DNA from: Amphiscolops sp. MND2022
Lineage: Eukaryota
Reading direction: 5' to 3'
Assembly (NCBI GenBank): GCA_964187785.1
Contig: OZ076409.1
Span: forward strand, 6,512,001 to 6,576,000
DNA length: 64,000 nt
A program made the translations under genes and the position numbers. Shown piece after piece: positions 27,101 through 39,769 of the stretch (positions are counted from its first letter, which is position 1; the number at the start of each line of letters is the position of its first letter). Below the pieces are notes generated by a model that worked only from the letters and a program-made list of their open reading frames with translations, did no database searches and had not been told where the DNA came from.

Positions 27101-27672
27101 AAATGGGTGCCTCTCTGGTTGCCGCTATAGGTACCCGCACAGTTGACTCGTAGTCGGATTCATCGCTATTATAGATGATGTTCTGTCTGAGTCTGATGAG
27201 TCTGACCAATGGGACTACAACTAGGACGCGAAACCATTGGCTCGCTTTCACTCTGTTTGACCTCGCAATTAGATTTGGTTGTAACTTTAGGCTGCTCTGA
27301 TTTTTCCATCTCGCCTAGTTTCTTAGCCAGATATGCTTCGCAAGTTTCATCAGAGCCAGTACTGCCATTACTTGTGAATCCGCTCCTTCGGATTTCAGCG
27401 ACTAACTGTGCATCTTCAGATTCAGGTTCAGTTTTCACCGATACACCCAGAAGACGAGCAGGCTCGACGTCTGTATTCTCGGGACTGGATAAGCTGATCT
27501 CGATTACCTCAATTTCATCACTGGAAGTGCCTTCAATTCCTTCTCTGCGTGCCGAATTAGGAGAGCTCGTGTCCATGTTTTCGTCCGTTTCTTGAGCTGG
27601 TTGGCCGGTTGCTTCATTTTCTAAATGAAAAGAAATGAATAATCGCGGTTCGCTTCCTGCAAAAGTACCCAT
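24140..27672 (-). pseudogene. Antisense, spliced accessory gene of the LTR element encoding a BED-like zinc-finger protein
   Basis: Chain of minus-strand ORFs; C-x2-C-x16-H-x5-H near 26345-26432; GT-AG intron candidates at 27668-27621, 25964-25804 and 25140-25065. Confidence 0.7.
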
Positions 27673-29265
27673 CTTGCCGCATTCAAATAGCTTCCGGAAG
27701 TAGATTTAAAATTTCACACATCTTAGTATGTTTTCACGATGGAGGAAGAAACTTAGTTAAATGAAAGCCCTGATCAAGCTAAAATTTAACGCTTCAAAAG
27801 AACCAACCTGAGGATACTTCCATGACGGAAGGTCTGAATTCAGCTCTAAAACAGCAGTAAGATGTCGTATTGAATGGTCTCGATAGCTCCTCCCCGCAAA
27901 TATATTTGATGCGACCTTCAGTCGAATTGCTACATCAGAACCAGTGATAATCAAAGAATGGGTATTCTCAAAGCAAATGTTAGTTTTCAATTCAAAAGAA
28001 ACGGAATCAAAAAAGTATGGAAAACTGGTGAATGGGTTCAATATAAAGGCGAAGTTGACTTTAAATGATTTTCTTGTGGAAAACAAGGATTGAAGACAAT
28101 GACACTGCCCCAAGGTCAGAAAGACAGCATTAATTTCCTGATGGAAATTAATACAGCTTAAGTGATGCTACTCGGGAACTGCGTTCGATTACCGCTGTTA
28201 ATCTAAATAGTCAGACCAGACGTATTGTGAACATTTGGTAAAGACGGTCAATACACTACTGTATTCAAATGACGTAATGTAGGATGTATTATGTCGGTAG
28301 TGATTAGTGTTTACTTAGCCTGACTGTGCACACATTTATTATTTGCTTACTAGTACAATAGGTCCACTTGACCACAAACGCTTACATATACTCAGTTACC
28401 AGTGGAATGGGACCAGTAATAATACCAGCCTGCTTCCTTCCACATTGTGACGTCACTCATGATAAAAGACCACAGGTCATTCAGACTGCACTAAATTACT
28501 TACATGTACACCCTGTATTACTGAGACTAACTTTCTTCGACTGACAAAAATTAATCATAGCAACTCACTTTATTACCCGACATGCTGCGGAGTTACCTTC
28601 ATAAAGCAGCCCAACACCTCTAATGGAGTCTAATCAGTGAATACCATGCTCAACAAAGGTCCTAATTACGTTTGATTGAAGATTTGTAATTCAAATAAAA
28701 TTACAAAGAGAGAGCCGTGGCTGAAATTAAACTACTTAGAATGAAATTGTTCCTCAAATTTATGTCAATTGAAATTGGATTACCAACGTACATGAGTACT
28801 GAACCGGCCAGCGAAGTAATCCTATAGTGCACCATATTTGTAATTCAACCCTCCGACTATCGGTCAGATTAAGCTTACCACCTTATATATTCATCACATG
28901 CATCAATCAGGAAATCACTACATGAAAATTAGTTTTCATCATAATTCGCCATTTCACCTTATCAAATTTTCTCTTTATTTTATTTTTATCCAACTCATCT
29001 AATTGGTTAACATAACCACTGCTATTCTCCATGTTCTATTCAGTCTCCTTTGACTCCTATTCAGTCAAATCTACCTAATATAGGAAATTAAGGAAAATGG
29101 TGCGCGGGGTTACCCTTTCAGTTTTCCCGCGAATTCTGAGGTTAGACCTTAGGTCAAAGAGACCATGCCACTTCATTCTCACATATACTCAACTGAAAAT
29201 CAGTCTTGTCCAATCTATAAATCAAAATTGCCAAGAAACTTCTACTCAGCCGTTACAACGGGAGA

Positions 29266-30092
29266 ATGGCCCTCCAGTTCAACATGGAAGAACGCCCCAG
29301 ATCGCTAGTTAGCCTTGAATATGCTTCCTCTGATGAGGAAATGGAGGTAGACTCGGTCACATCAGTACAAGATTTGTTGGACAAAGAAGCGGAAGATGAT
29401 GGAATACAAGTGTTAGCTTGCTATTATGAAAATCCTCCGTTCCTTCCCTCCACAGCTGGCCGCAGGACGTGCCATGACAACAAATTTGACTGAAAATCTT
29501 AAGGACCTCAGCTTATCTGCAGAAACATTTCTAGATACAATTGACGATTTTACCGAACCTTCAGATGAATTAATTAACTGGGTCACCCTCCAGCCTTCTA
29601 CTGCGCTCAGAATGTAGATCATCACCCGATCGCGACGTGTAGTCAACTTGAGCCGGTTCCAGCAACCCCTGCTTCACCCCCACTAGCTGACCAAATGCCG
29701 TGCTACCAACTTGACAGCCAGCAACAGCACGAGCAATATACTGATCAATGGGTTCAGAACCCGCACATCACCGGACTAGCTATCTTCGTGAGTGGATACT
29801 GCGGGCAACCGAACGAGGCCTACACTCAGGATGTGTGGTCTGTGGAAAATCTTTCCTTGAAATCAGAGAGGAAATAACCCTTGGCTATCTAGAGGGATCA
29901 CATGTCAGTGGGGAAACATATGACCAGAGGATGGCCAGACGGGCTTTTCAAGCAGGAATGCGGGCAGGTTCATTTGTCTTAGTCCCCCGGGGAGTGTCGC
30001 AGGCAGCCGCCTGTGACGGCATTCTGTACCAAATTATGCCCCAGAACAGTCAAATTAACCCCGGACCTCGGTACTACCATTATAGAAACTGA
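29266..30092 (+). pseudogene. Extra sense ORF of the LTR element, ending inside the 3' LTR
   Basis: Overlapping ORF pieces from MALQFNMEE to GCVVCGK...VPRGVSQAAACDGILY, split by frameshifts. Confidence 0.5.
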
Positions 30093-31414
30093 AACAACTC
30101 ATTTACAGTGTTAATTAACATTTACATGTATCCGTTAATTTTAGTTGCATTTACTAAATGGCCTGATCATGAAATCTGATATCCTACTGTTTGGACTTAA
30201 GGTCAAACTGACCGCATCAACATATACATAATATTCATCTGATACCATGTTCTAGTCGTGTTGACGTGCTGTCTGCAGTTCTATTTAATCTCAAGTGCTA
30301 TTAACACTCAGTACTGTACTGTAGTCATTTTGACGTTTGGTCACAAACCGTCTATATTTAACAAACAGTACTAACTCAGTTATTTAGTGCAGTCAATCTG
30401 ACACTAGGTCAACATGTTATTTCATGCAATAATTTAAAATAGTTATCACGACGTAAGGTAGTATTGCGTACATGTAACCACTAGTTCTACCAGTTATTGA
30501 TTTAACCCATTCCAGTGCTATTTATAGTTAGTGATGTAATATGACGTCATGTCTGCGCTTAGTTATTTATAGTATTATGACATCATGTGTATTTTAGGAC
30601 CCTGACAACCCAAGTAATGATTGTCATGGTCCTCCAACTTTTAATACCAGGAGTCCGATGATTGAGGGATTCATTTTGTTGATACTGAAAACACGATATA
30701 CAACTCTTTTGTTTTGATCTAATTGATTGCAATATTCACTGTTAGAAACGTTCGATCTTCTTATCATGCCTTCTACTAGGAAGCAGAAAGCCAAGGAGAA
30801 GCGTTCAAGACAATCTGACGTAATGTCTGATAATGAAAATCTTGATGTAATGCTTGGAGCTTACTCAAGAATTGATTTAGTTGAGGAAGAGAATAATACT
30901 GAAACAGAAGTAGACTTAGAGTCAGATAGACTACAGCGGAGTGAAGGTCAAACTGAGAATAACTTTTGGTCACTATTGAATACTAATCCAAGTGAAAACA
31001 GTGAGATTACAGTGGAAACTAAGAGATTAATCAATTCTAAAATTTCTTCCCAAATGTCTCGGAAACTAGAGGAACTGAAAACAGACCTAAATTCTCACAT
31101 ATTTGATGTAATTAACTCTGCATTAGAGGAAAGAGTGCTTCCGAGCATTAAAAGTGCTCTAGAAACCAAGAACTCGGCTAAAAACGCGATTTTGGAGCTT
31201 CGGTTACATGGACCGCATTCGAGTAATTTTAGTCAAGAACGTGCCCAGAGGGACTTAAGGTCATATGGACGGCATCCGGAAAATTCCAGCCATAGGTTTC
31301 ACGATGCTCACAATGACTTCCCCAGGTTAGTAACAATGAATAAAAACCGTACGAATCACTGTAGAAGGATTTCAATGGATTCCAACAATAGTGATAAAGA
31401 TCATGGTTATGATA
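29995..31414 (+). repeat. 3' LTR (1420 bp)
   Basis: Preceded by the purine tract GGGGAG; TGTCGCAGG...TTATGATA (terminal CA>TA) followed by the TSD GGTAC. Confidence 0.95.
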
Positions 31415-31437
31415 GGTACGAACTGAGTGAAGTCTGA
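30766..31437 (+). CDS. Uninterrupted LTR-encoded ORF (216 codons inside the LTR, ending in the flank)
   Basis: MPSTRKQKAKEKRSRQSDVMSD...DHGYD is open in the 3' LTR; the 5' LTR copy has a stop and a frameshift. Expression unknown. Confidence 0.5.
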   Translation: MPSTRKQKAKEKRSRQSDVMSDNENLDVMLGAYSRIDLVEEENNTETEVDLESDRLQRSEGQTENNFWSLLNTNPSENSEITVETKRLINSKISSQMSRKLEELKTDLNSHIFDVINSALEERVLPSIKSALETKNSAKNAILELRLHGPHSSNFSQERAQRDLRSYGRHPENSSHRFHDAHNDFPRLVTMNKNRTNHCRRISMDSNNSDKDHGYDRYELSEV

Positions 31438-33450
31438 GATTCGCCAAACAGGCTTTTTAGTAATCAATGTCAATACGCACTTGTTTTTCAAGAGATGTCG
31501 GGTGGCATCCGCCGAAGACATACGACAGCTACACCCTTCAGTACTGTTGGACTCAGCTTTTTCTAACCATTCGAGCCAACTCAACTGATTTGTGTGAACT
31601 AGTCAGCAGAGGAGAGGGAAACGGGGCTGATCCAAGTTCAAGAACGCTCGTCGAAAGAGCTAACGTTCAGGTTTAGCATAGCACTGCTGATATTATATAG
31701 TGATTCTAGAGGGATTGAAATCCCCAGAGTCGTTTAGTTAAACAGAGTGGTGTTGTAACTTTTAGCGATGGTCACCAAAGATCCCTTGCCTTGTTTTTTC
31801 ATTAAACCGGAAAGACATCGACAGCTTTCATTTCATTTCCTCAAGCGGGAAACGAACAAAGCCTTGATATACTTTCTCTGCGTGTTACGGCAGGTTTCGT
31901 ATAGTTTGCAATTTCCCGGCAAAACAAGCCGACGAAGACGTTAGGGACGCGTTTTGCCAGGGATTTTTCTCAGATACGACTAAACAAACTGTTTGCCTGG
32001 CAATCGCCTCGGCCACACCGAAATCGAAGCCATTTTCCTTACCTAATGCAGTTACTGCAGTGGAAGTGAGAGGAGCCGCTCAACAAACCATTTCTTAAAC
32101 TCACGAAGTTGCAGTGGTTGCTGCTACGAATGAAGAAATTACAAAGGTTTTGATAAAACCGTCTGATGTCCAAAGTTCCGGATGCCAATGGTGCAAAACG
32201 AGTTTACAATCAGGGGAGGCGAGACGGCGGAATTACATAAATCTGGTGCCTTTTCCTATCGTAACGTTGCAGGAGAACACCAGCCCGATCCGTAGCCCGT
32301 CTCTGTTCCCAATTGAAGAAGAGCTAGAATTTGTTCGGAGTGAGATCAAAAATCTAGCTGAAGCCGGTGTCATAGAAAAGTCGCAATCTCCTTTGGCGGG
32401 CTCAGGTTGAAGTGTCGAACCGCTAATCACAAAAAAACGCAATTTCGTAAAAAAAATTCTACCACAGTGAAGCGGTACGTTCCAGACGCCTACCCCATGC
32501 TGGCCATTAAACAATCGTTGATGAAAACGAGCTCGTGTAAGTGATTCTTCTATATAGACCTGAAGTCTGCCTACCGCAAGCTTCGATTAGTGGAGTAAGA
32601 GAAATATCTGACCGCTTCTGCAGCGATTGGAGAATTGTGGCAGCTTACCCAATTTGTCGTAATTTTGATGTACCTCATCTGAAGCAAGAAGTCCAAGACT
32701 ACAGCTCGAAAAGCTCAGTCTCTCTAGAGATGAAACCCGGGTTCCTTAAACCACCCTAAGCTCTACTTTTCGGATCCAAATAACCTTGGGAGAGAATTAA
32801 GCTAGACTTCGTAGGTCTGAAGAAATGCACACCAGCAATAAACAACTACTTTTTAACAGTTGTCGGCAAATTAACAAGATTTCCGTCCGCATTTGCTGTC
32901 AAAAAAGCCAATACAACAAGCCTTATTTCTGCTTTATCGCAACTATTCTCGATCTTCTGTTATCCAGTGGCACTTCAAAGCGAGAGAAGAGGAGTGTTAC
33001 AAAGTACGGAAAGCAAATTCTTCCTAGATCGTTGGAACGTATGCAAAAAACGAACCTCTCTGTACAATCCAGCCGATAACAGCCAATGCAAGTGTCTGAA
33101 GGGAATAGTCTGGAAGACTGTGAAACTTCGACTGATGCAACTTCACAAACCAGCTGAGCTGTGAGACGAAGAAATTCTCAAGCTTTATGCAGTATTCCAT
33201 GTGTGTCGTCAAGAGCAATCAATTTCGAAAGTCGTCCGAACTGTTTGTTCGTATTCACAAGACGCCCCTCGCTGGACTAGAACCATAAAGTCTTCAGCAA
33301 GACCAACGTACCGTTTTCCGGATCCACTTTTACGCCCGAATGGATGTCTCAGAATTCAGCGGTAATCGTCAAGATCTTTACAAACAAGTCTAAAGACGAT
33401 TCACTAGTGCATCCTGCACGAATCCTGCGCCTAATATTATTGGACACTTC
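31420..33450 (+). mobile_element. Older, heavily decayed Gypsy-like remnant into which the 15-kb element inserted
   Basis: gag-like VRDAFCQG, RT-like EIKNLAEAGVIEKSQSP and IDLKSAY, integrase-like PWERIKLDFVG; boundaries approximate. Confidence 0.65.
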
Positions 33451-33592
33451 GCTTAAAGTCATTTGGCTAACTACATCTCGTCACTTCTGATTTTTTCAAG
33501 CTGAGTGTCTCGGTTAATGGCAACTTGTTTTGAAGTCATTCAGCTCAGAAACGCTAATTTGAAAATGCAAGGCAGATTTTCAATTCGTCAAT

Positions 33593-34131
33593 TTTTAGTC
33601 GGCGCTTTTCGAACAAAAACGCAGACTATAGTAGTGACTTCTTTTTTTTTAAGACCAACGAACTGACAGATTTTATAAATTTTATAAGTTGGTACTAAAC
33701 CGGCGCGAACACTAAACTGTGTCACGCTACTTCACTACCCCTTGGCCACTACGACTTTTTCGAGGTCTGACGAGCAGAATGACTTGGGTTCGAGTCCCGC
33801 CATGACCAAAATTTTTTTGTGCAAATTTGTTTTTTCAGCTTTGTGAGACTTTTTTCGCAAATATCTCCAAATGGTCCACCCTTCATTTTTTTGTCTATTT
33901 TGCAAAAGAATGGATGTTAAAAAACTTCCAAAGGGCCCCATTTTACATGTTTTGGCACTATGCGACTTACGGGAGACCAAAAAAATTTAAAAAATTTCAA
34001 AAAAAATCGGAATTTTTTTTTCAATTTTTCCTCAAACGGGTACTGTAGAAGAGAATACTTGACACTTTGAAGTCCTTTTGTTATTTTTGAGCCTTAGATA
34101 TGGCGCCGACTTGGGCCGTTCCCGGCTTGTT
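33593..34131 (+). mobile_element. Helentron-like non-autonomous element with an internal tRNA-like segment
   Basis: Both termini present; GGGTTCGAGTCCCGCCATGACCA near 33786-33808. Confidence 0.7.
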
Positions 34132-37100
34132 TTCCATTACGTGGTCAGCTATGTTCCAATTCTACGTGAAGCGACCGAGCCATACAACAAATATGTCAAA
34201 ATTTCGTAACATTGTCTGTTTTTTGAATATTTCGTTCAAAATTTCAGTGTTGGCCTTGAATATGTTGTTCTAAGCCATTGCTTGAGTAAGAATAAACTTG
34301 TCCTATATTAGTGGTCATTTGGCATAACAGTTTTAGGCCAAGTGTCTCGACAAAACATTTACGGCAAGTGACCTGTGACCACACAACCTAATGATTTGGT
34401 ACTCAGAGAAAAACCGGATCGACACTCGCCACAAAATTCATATCAATGGGACCAGACCCTCCTGGCCCTCCCAATCCTTCAAAGCATAACCTGACGGAAT
34501 TTGACACAATCTCACCTGATACCTCAAACAAATGCCCACCGTGGAGTTGCTTTATCGCTGTCAAGGCAGAAGAACGACATTAGGATGTTGATTTGAACGC
34601 ATTCTTAGCCAAACTGTCCATAGAAGAAACGTCATCTCCGCCACTAGGAAGAAATGGCCTACTCAGAAAACACTTGCTGGGAAAGTGTTGTGACTACGTG
34701 TGTTATTAACTTGTGTCTTACGTGTAACTAAAGTTTCATCGTCCGTTTGCTTTCCAGGGCGACCACACTAAGCTCGTTGCCAAAAATGATGATATATAAT
34801 ATATGTTACAATACATAATGAAGAAGTATAAATCAGTGTACACATCGTCCCTTTTCAAAAAGTTCCCATGACTACTTGCAAATGAAATCGTTAAATCTCG
34901 AGTTCGGTTTCCTGACATGTGGTGCCCTGTTAATCGGGACCTCGGGTGCATTGAAATCTCTCCAATCGAAGTTGTGTCTCTGCTAGAAGCGCAATTCAAA
35001 AATTGGTCCGCCACTCCTGTGGTCGTAGCAACTTCTGTAGTTGATCTAGTTGTCACTAGATCGATCAGGGGCAACGGTAGTTGGACAGGGAAAGATGGCA
35101 ATTTGGTTAGTGGTTGCTATAATTGTTCTCTCAGACCCAGCTGAAACATTGCCCTGTCGAACAACATAAATCGCCGGAAAAGGCGCAGTGTGAGGTCCAG
35201 CACGAAAGACCACACGCTCGATGATAGGATAATTGAGACAGCAGTGAGTCGCATTTGTTTCCCAAGGAGAACTTCCGAGGGAGTCTTCCCTCTCACTGAA
35301 GAAATTTTACGGTGTTTGAACAGAACTGGTTGCGGAAGTGCATGGAGAATGACACAGAGAGACGAGTTCCACTCCCTGTTTGCTTTCTTTACAGTGTGCA
35401 GAAAGCGCTTGGCGATCTTTGTTCCCGCTAGGGCTTTGCTCTTGTTCGACCTCCCTTAGTAAGATGAGAACATAAGCAGCGAAGGTCCGCGTGGCGCTAA
35501 ACGAAATGGGGACATATCCGGGGGGTGCTTGATATGAAATGTTCAAGTTTCAATTCGAACAATTCGACGCGTTTTCCGGTGAGCCATGCAGTTCGGTTCG
35601 ATTCTTCTGACCTGATTCCGAAACTTCAACACTTAGACTTGAGTACATCACTTGCTTCTCGATCAGTTTTTTCCAATCCGCATTCGCGCAGCCACAACTT
35701 TGTCAGTTATAAATTACTCAGCATTGTCGGAAACTAATGTGTTCGGGACCCCAACTCTCCCAAAAATGATTGAAGACAATGTATAATTTTTTCTGTGAGG
35801 TGATCGTCGCATATGAACCCTTCCATTCGACCAGAACCAGCGTCGACAACAATGAGAATGGTGTCTACTTCTTGGACCAAATGACTTGCGTCAATAGTGT
35901 CGAATTTTCTTTGACACTTCGAATCATTAGAGTCGAAGAACAACGTCGAATCTAGTCGAACAACCAATTTCGAACTATTGTCCAAATTATGTCGAATTTC
36001 AGTCGAAAAATTCCTGTTTGTATCAGATTAAAATGGCTGATAATACCGCTACTAACCCCACACCAAACAAGCCTTTCTCCACCTAAAATGAGGTCCTATA
36101 CGGTGTATGGACGCTGGAATTCAACGTCGCAAGAACCAGGTGCCACTACGATCGCTGTAACGGCTGCTTGCCCTTATACTGCGCTGAGGCTCGACAAGCT
36201 TTACACCGCCCTGATCCGTTGCTTAGTGTTGTGGACCGTTACTGAACAATTCCTGTTTTTCTTGTTTTAAAGGAATGTGTCATTTGGTTGCGATTCCGCT
36301 TTACACTGAATTGGATCCGATGTGATCCTGCACAAACTTCCCGCTCTGAATCTTTACGCGCTCCGGCTCTCCAATTATAAGAGTAGCTACTTATTCGCTC
36401 TTACTCTAGCGAAAAGTTGTAAAGATGTGGAAAGTTATTTAGTCTCGCGGTCCTGAGACCCAACTTGACTATAGCTATTCAGTTGTAAAAATCTCTATTT
36501 AAAAACGGTATACATTTCGTTTACAATTCTACAGTAAATATACATCAAAATATGTTGTATAAGTATATGACATTCAAAGCATAAAATGAAGGTTTTGGCT
36601 AAGTAAACCAACAAGGTGGTGGTTTTGGCATGTTGATTAGGTGGGCTAGAAAGTATGTTTAAACAATGTAAATTTCATTAATTTCAACCGAGTCACATTT
36701 CCTTCAAGGTCATATGAGAAAATAACATAATAGCTTGTTAGCACATTTGTGTTTTCATGGGATCCGACCGAGGTCACTTTGCGTGTTAACTGCTCCGAAC
36801 CCAGGGGAGATACAGGGTTGGGTGCTCTGAGTGAAAAGTTGAGTTAGCACCTTTAGTTCATACATGCTAAGTTTCAGGGTCATTCGACAAGTGCTTCTCA
36901 AAAAGGGGGTTGCCTAATTTTGGGATGCACTATTTCTGGTGAAACTTGTAAGATTTCCAACTAAAATCTTGACAACGAGTCGAAGTGTTTTGAATAATTA
37001 GTTTCGTGAGTCACGTTCAAAATTCAGTTTCTCGACTGGCAATTGACTGGCGCCAACAATCGCTTCGTGATCTTCGTTCTTGCTAAGTCTTTGCTTCTGT

Positions 37101-37289
37101 TCGACCTCGCTTAGCAAGAAGGGAGCATAAGCGGCCCCAAGGGGCCGCGGGCACCAGAGGAAAAAGGGGCATATCCGAGGCTAAAAAAGAGGCTAAAAGT
37201 ATTGTTATTTGTGACGCAAATGTTTTTTTGGTGTTTTACCATTTTGTATCGATGCAATTACTTCGACAGAAGTATTTCGACAATGGGAT

Positions 37290-39530
37290 TCCGACGCTAG
37301 GACGAAGTTTCAAACTCGTCAATAGGAATTCGACCGTATGATGGCACTCTAGATCGAATGTTTGTGGTAGTTTCAGATGTTTTTACAGCAGTATCAAAAC
37401 GAGCATTGATTTCAATTTCAAAACATATATATAAAGAATTTACGCCAAATGGTGAAGGAAATGCTGCCTGTAGTACAATTAAAAGAACGAAATGGGAAGA
37501 TAAATGTTTCGCCATTACTGCTGGTGGGTCCAATGGTATAGTTAAGAATGTCTTGAACTTCGGCAAGAGAGGCAGATACAAATAAATCAATGCGAGCATA
37601 AATTCTGTTCATTGAAGGTGTTGATAAAGTTATTCCACATGAGATGACGAATTTGGGCTTTAATTGAAATTTGTATATCTGGGTTTAGGAACTCCATGAT
37701 TTGGTGGGCGCGGTAGCAAGCACGATACCAAAAAATATCTCTGAGGGCTTCGCAAGCGTCGTAATTTGAATCGCGTGCCTTTTCTATTTGGGGCAATAAT
37801 GTTGGGAAAAATCCACATTGTATTCATTGCTGATAATATTAAAAAGTAGAAGAAGTTCTTTCAATTCTTGGTAATAGAGAATGGGCAGCAGTTCAAGTTG
37901 AAGTAAGCGTTCCTTGTAGTTTTCGACTGGCAAAATCCAGGAAAAGACCCTTTTGTTCATGGCATTTAATTGCCTCATATCAGAGCGAGATGGCCAGTAA
38001 CACTAGGATGCATAAAGCAGGGTAGGGATTAGCAATGACTTGTAGATGTTAACTTTTGATTCGATATTCACGCCGAGGGTGGCGTTTCGCCGAATCATTT
38101 TGAAAATTTTTATTGTTTTCATAGATCGACTTTCATTGCGGTTGGGCCATTTCAGATTTTCGTCCATGATCTGTGCATGTTTCTTTAATTTTAAGGCTGA
38201 CATCCGATATTACAAGCTGTGCATCTTTAATGCCCCTAACAGGCATGATGCTGCACTTTTTGGCATTGAGATAAAGGCGATTGACATCGCACCAGTTTTG
38301 TATTCTAGATATGTCTTCCTGTAATTTGCAGAGATCGCCTTTATTTCCGATGTTGAGAGCAGTGAGGTCATCTGCAAACATGTAGGCAGTGTCACTGAGA
38401 ACATTTGATGGTAGATCATTGACAAATATCAAGAATAAGCGGGGGCTAGGATTGACCCCTGAGGAACTGCAGCTCGAACAAAGACAGATTCAGAGGTAAT
38501 GTCCTCAAAAGTTACGGATTGGCTTCTTCCGGCGGTAAGATAACTTCGAAGAATATCGAAAAAGTTTTGGCGGATTCCAATTTGAGCAAGCCTCTTTAGA
38601 AGGATTTGTTGATCTATACTATCGAAAGCCTTTTGGAAGTCAAAAAGGATGAGGGATATACTTTCATGAGACCATAAATCATAAATTTCCGATGATGTTT
38701 TGAGGATCCATAGAACTGGAGACCGTCCAGGTCGAAATCCATATTGGCGGTCGCTGCAAAACTCAAGAAAGCGTCGAAATATAGTGTCATACATGATCTA
38801 CTCAAGAACTTTAGATCCGATGTTTAGAAGGCTGATCGGTCTATAATTTTGAACATCAGTTTTGAAACACTTTTTAAAGATAGGAATAACATTCGCATGT
38901 TTTTCCATATTCTAGGGAAGGTCCTGGTCCGGGCAATAGTTTTTTTTACAAATTCAGTAGTGAAGATATAATTCCTGGAAGAGAGTTCTTGAAAAATTGC
39001 AGCGGAAGTAAATCACTGCCTTCTTCCTTGCGGAGCTTTAGCGCAGTGAGGTGTTTGTGAATGTCTTCTTTACTGAAATGAAGGCGTACATTGTCAGCAG
39101 AAGGAATATGAACATTAGTTTCAGTGGAAAGTGAAGGCCAAATCGAGCTGAAATATTGGTTGAAAAAATTGGCTTTGTCGGCTGACGTTCTTGCTTTTTT
39201 GATTTCCAGTTTATTTCGCTTGCGGTTACTACTTTACCAAGCATTCTTAAATATACCAACAGTTCTTTAGTATCACAGTTGAAAAATATTCTGTTCTCAT
39301 AGCACGTTTTGTCTTCGGAGAGGGGCACGTTTAGTTTGGTCCTAATCAGATCAAATTTCTGTTTCTTTGCTTCATTGTAAGGAGATTTCTCCAGAAGTTT
39401 CTCTGCCGTGTTTAACTCTACATGAGATTTGAAGATTCTTGACTTACCCAAGGTGGGAGCGAATAACGGTGTTGGGTGCGTTTGGGGCAATGTTTTTCTA
39501 ACTTTTGTTGACCCAGTCGTACCATTCATC
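37290..39530 (-). mobile_element. Decayed CR1/L2-like LINE ORF2 (RT region)
   Basis: NYRPISLL, QYGFRPGRS, DFQKAFDSI, VPQGSIL, IFVNDLP, MFADD, LNAKKC, YKSLLIPTLLYAS, with many frameshifts. Confidence 0.85.
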
Positions 39531-39769
39531 CAACCTTTTATCTATGTTCGAATAACATTTGGGTAAAAAGGATCGTTAATGATGTCAGATATTACTTGCA
39601 GCAATATGGTCGAATTTTGATTCGTCGACTGAATAATGTAGATGAATAACGTCGAACGAATAGCGTGGTATTTAGTCGAACAGATTTCAGTCGAATTCAC
39701 GTCGAATTTGGTCGAATTAAAATCTTAGGTTTCAAAAATATGTTAGAAATTTTTCCCCATCTAATGTGG

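Larger units (their letters stand above)
16377..31414 (+). mobile_element. Full-length (15.0 kb) Gypsy/Ty3-type LTR retrotransposon, decayed, with extra ORFs
   Basis: Paired LTRs, GGTAC TSD (16372-16376 and 31415-31419), PBS, short purine tract, pol order PR-RT-RH-IN. Confidence 0.95.

Noticed and set aside
24140..30092. env gene of an endogenous retrovirus
   Set aside because: The main extra gene is antisense with a zinc finger; no signal peptide, furin-fusion peptide or TM anchor was seen.
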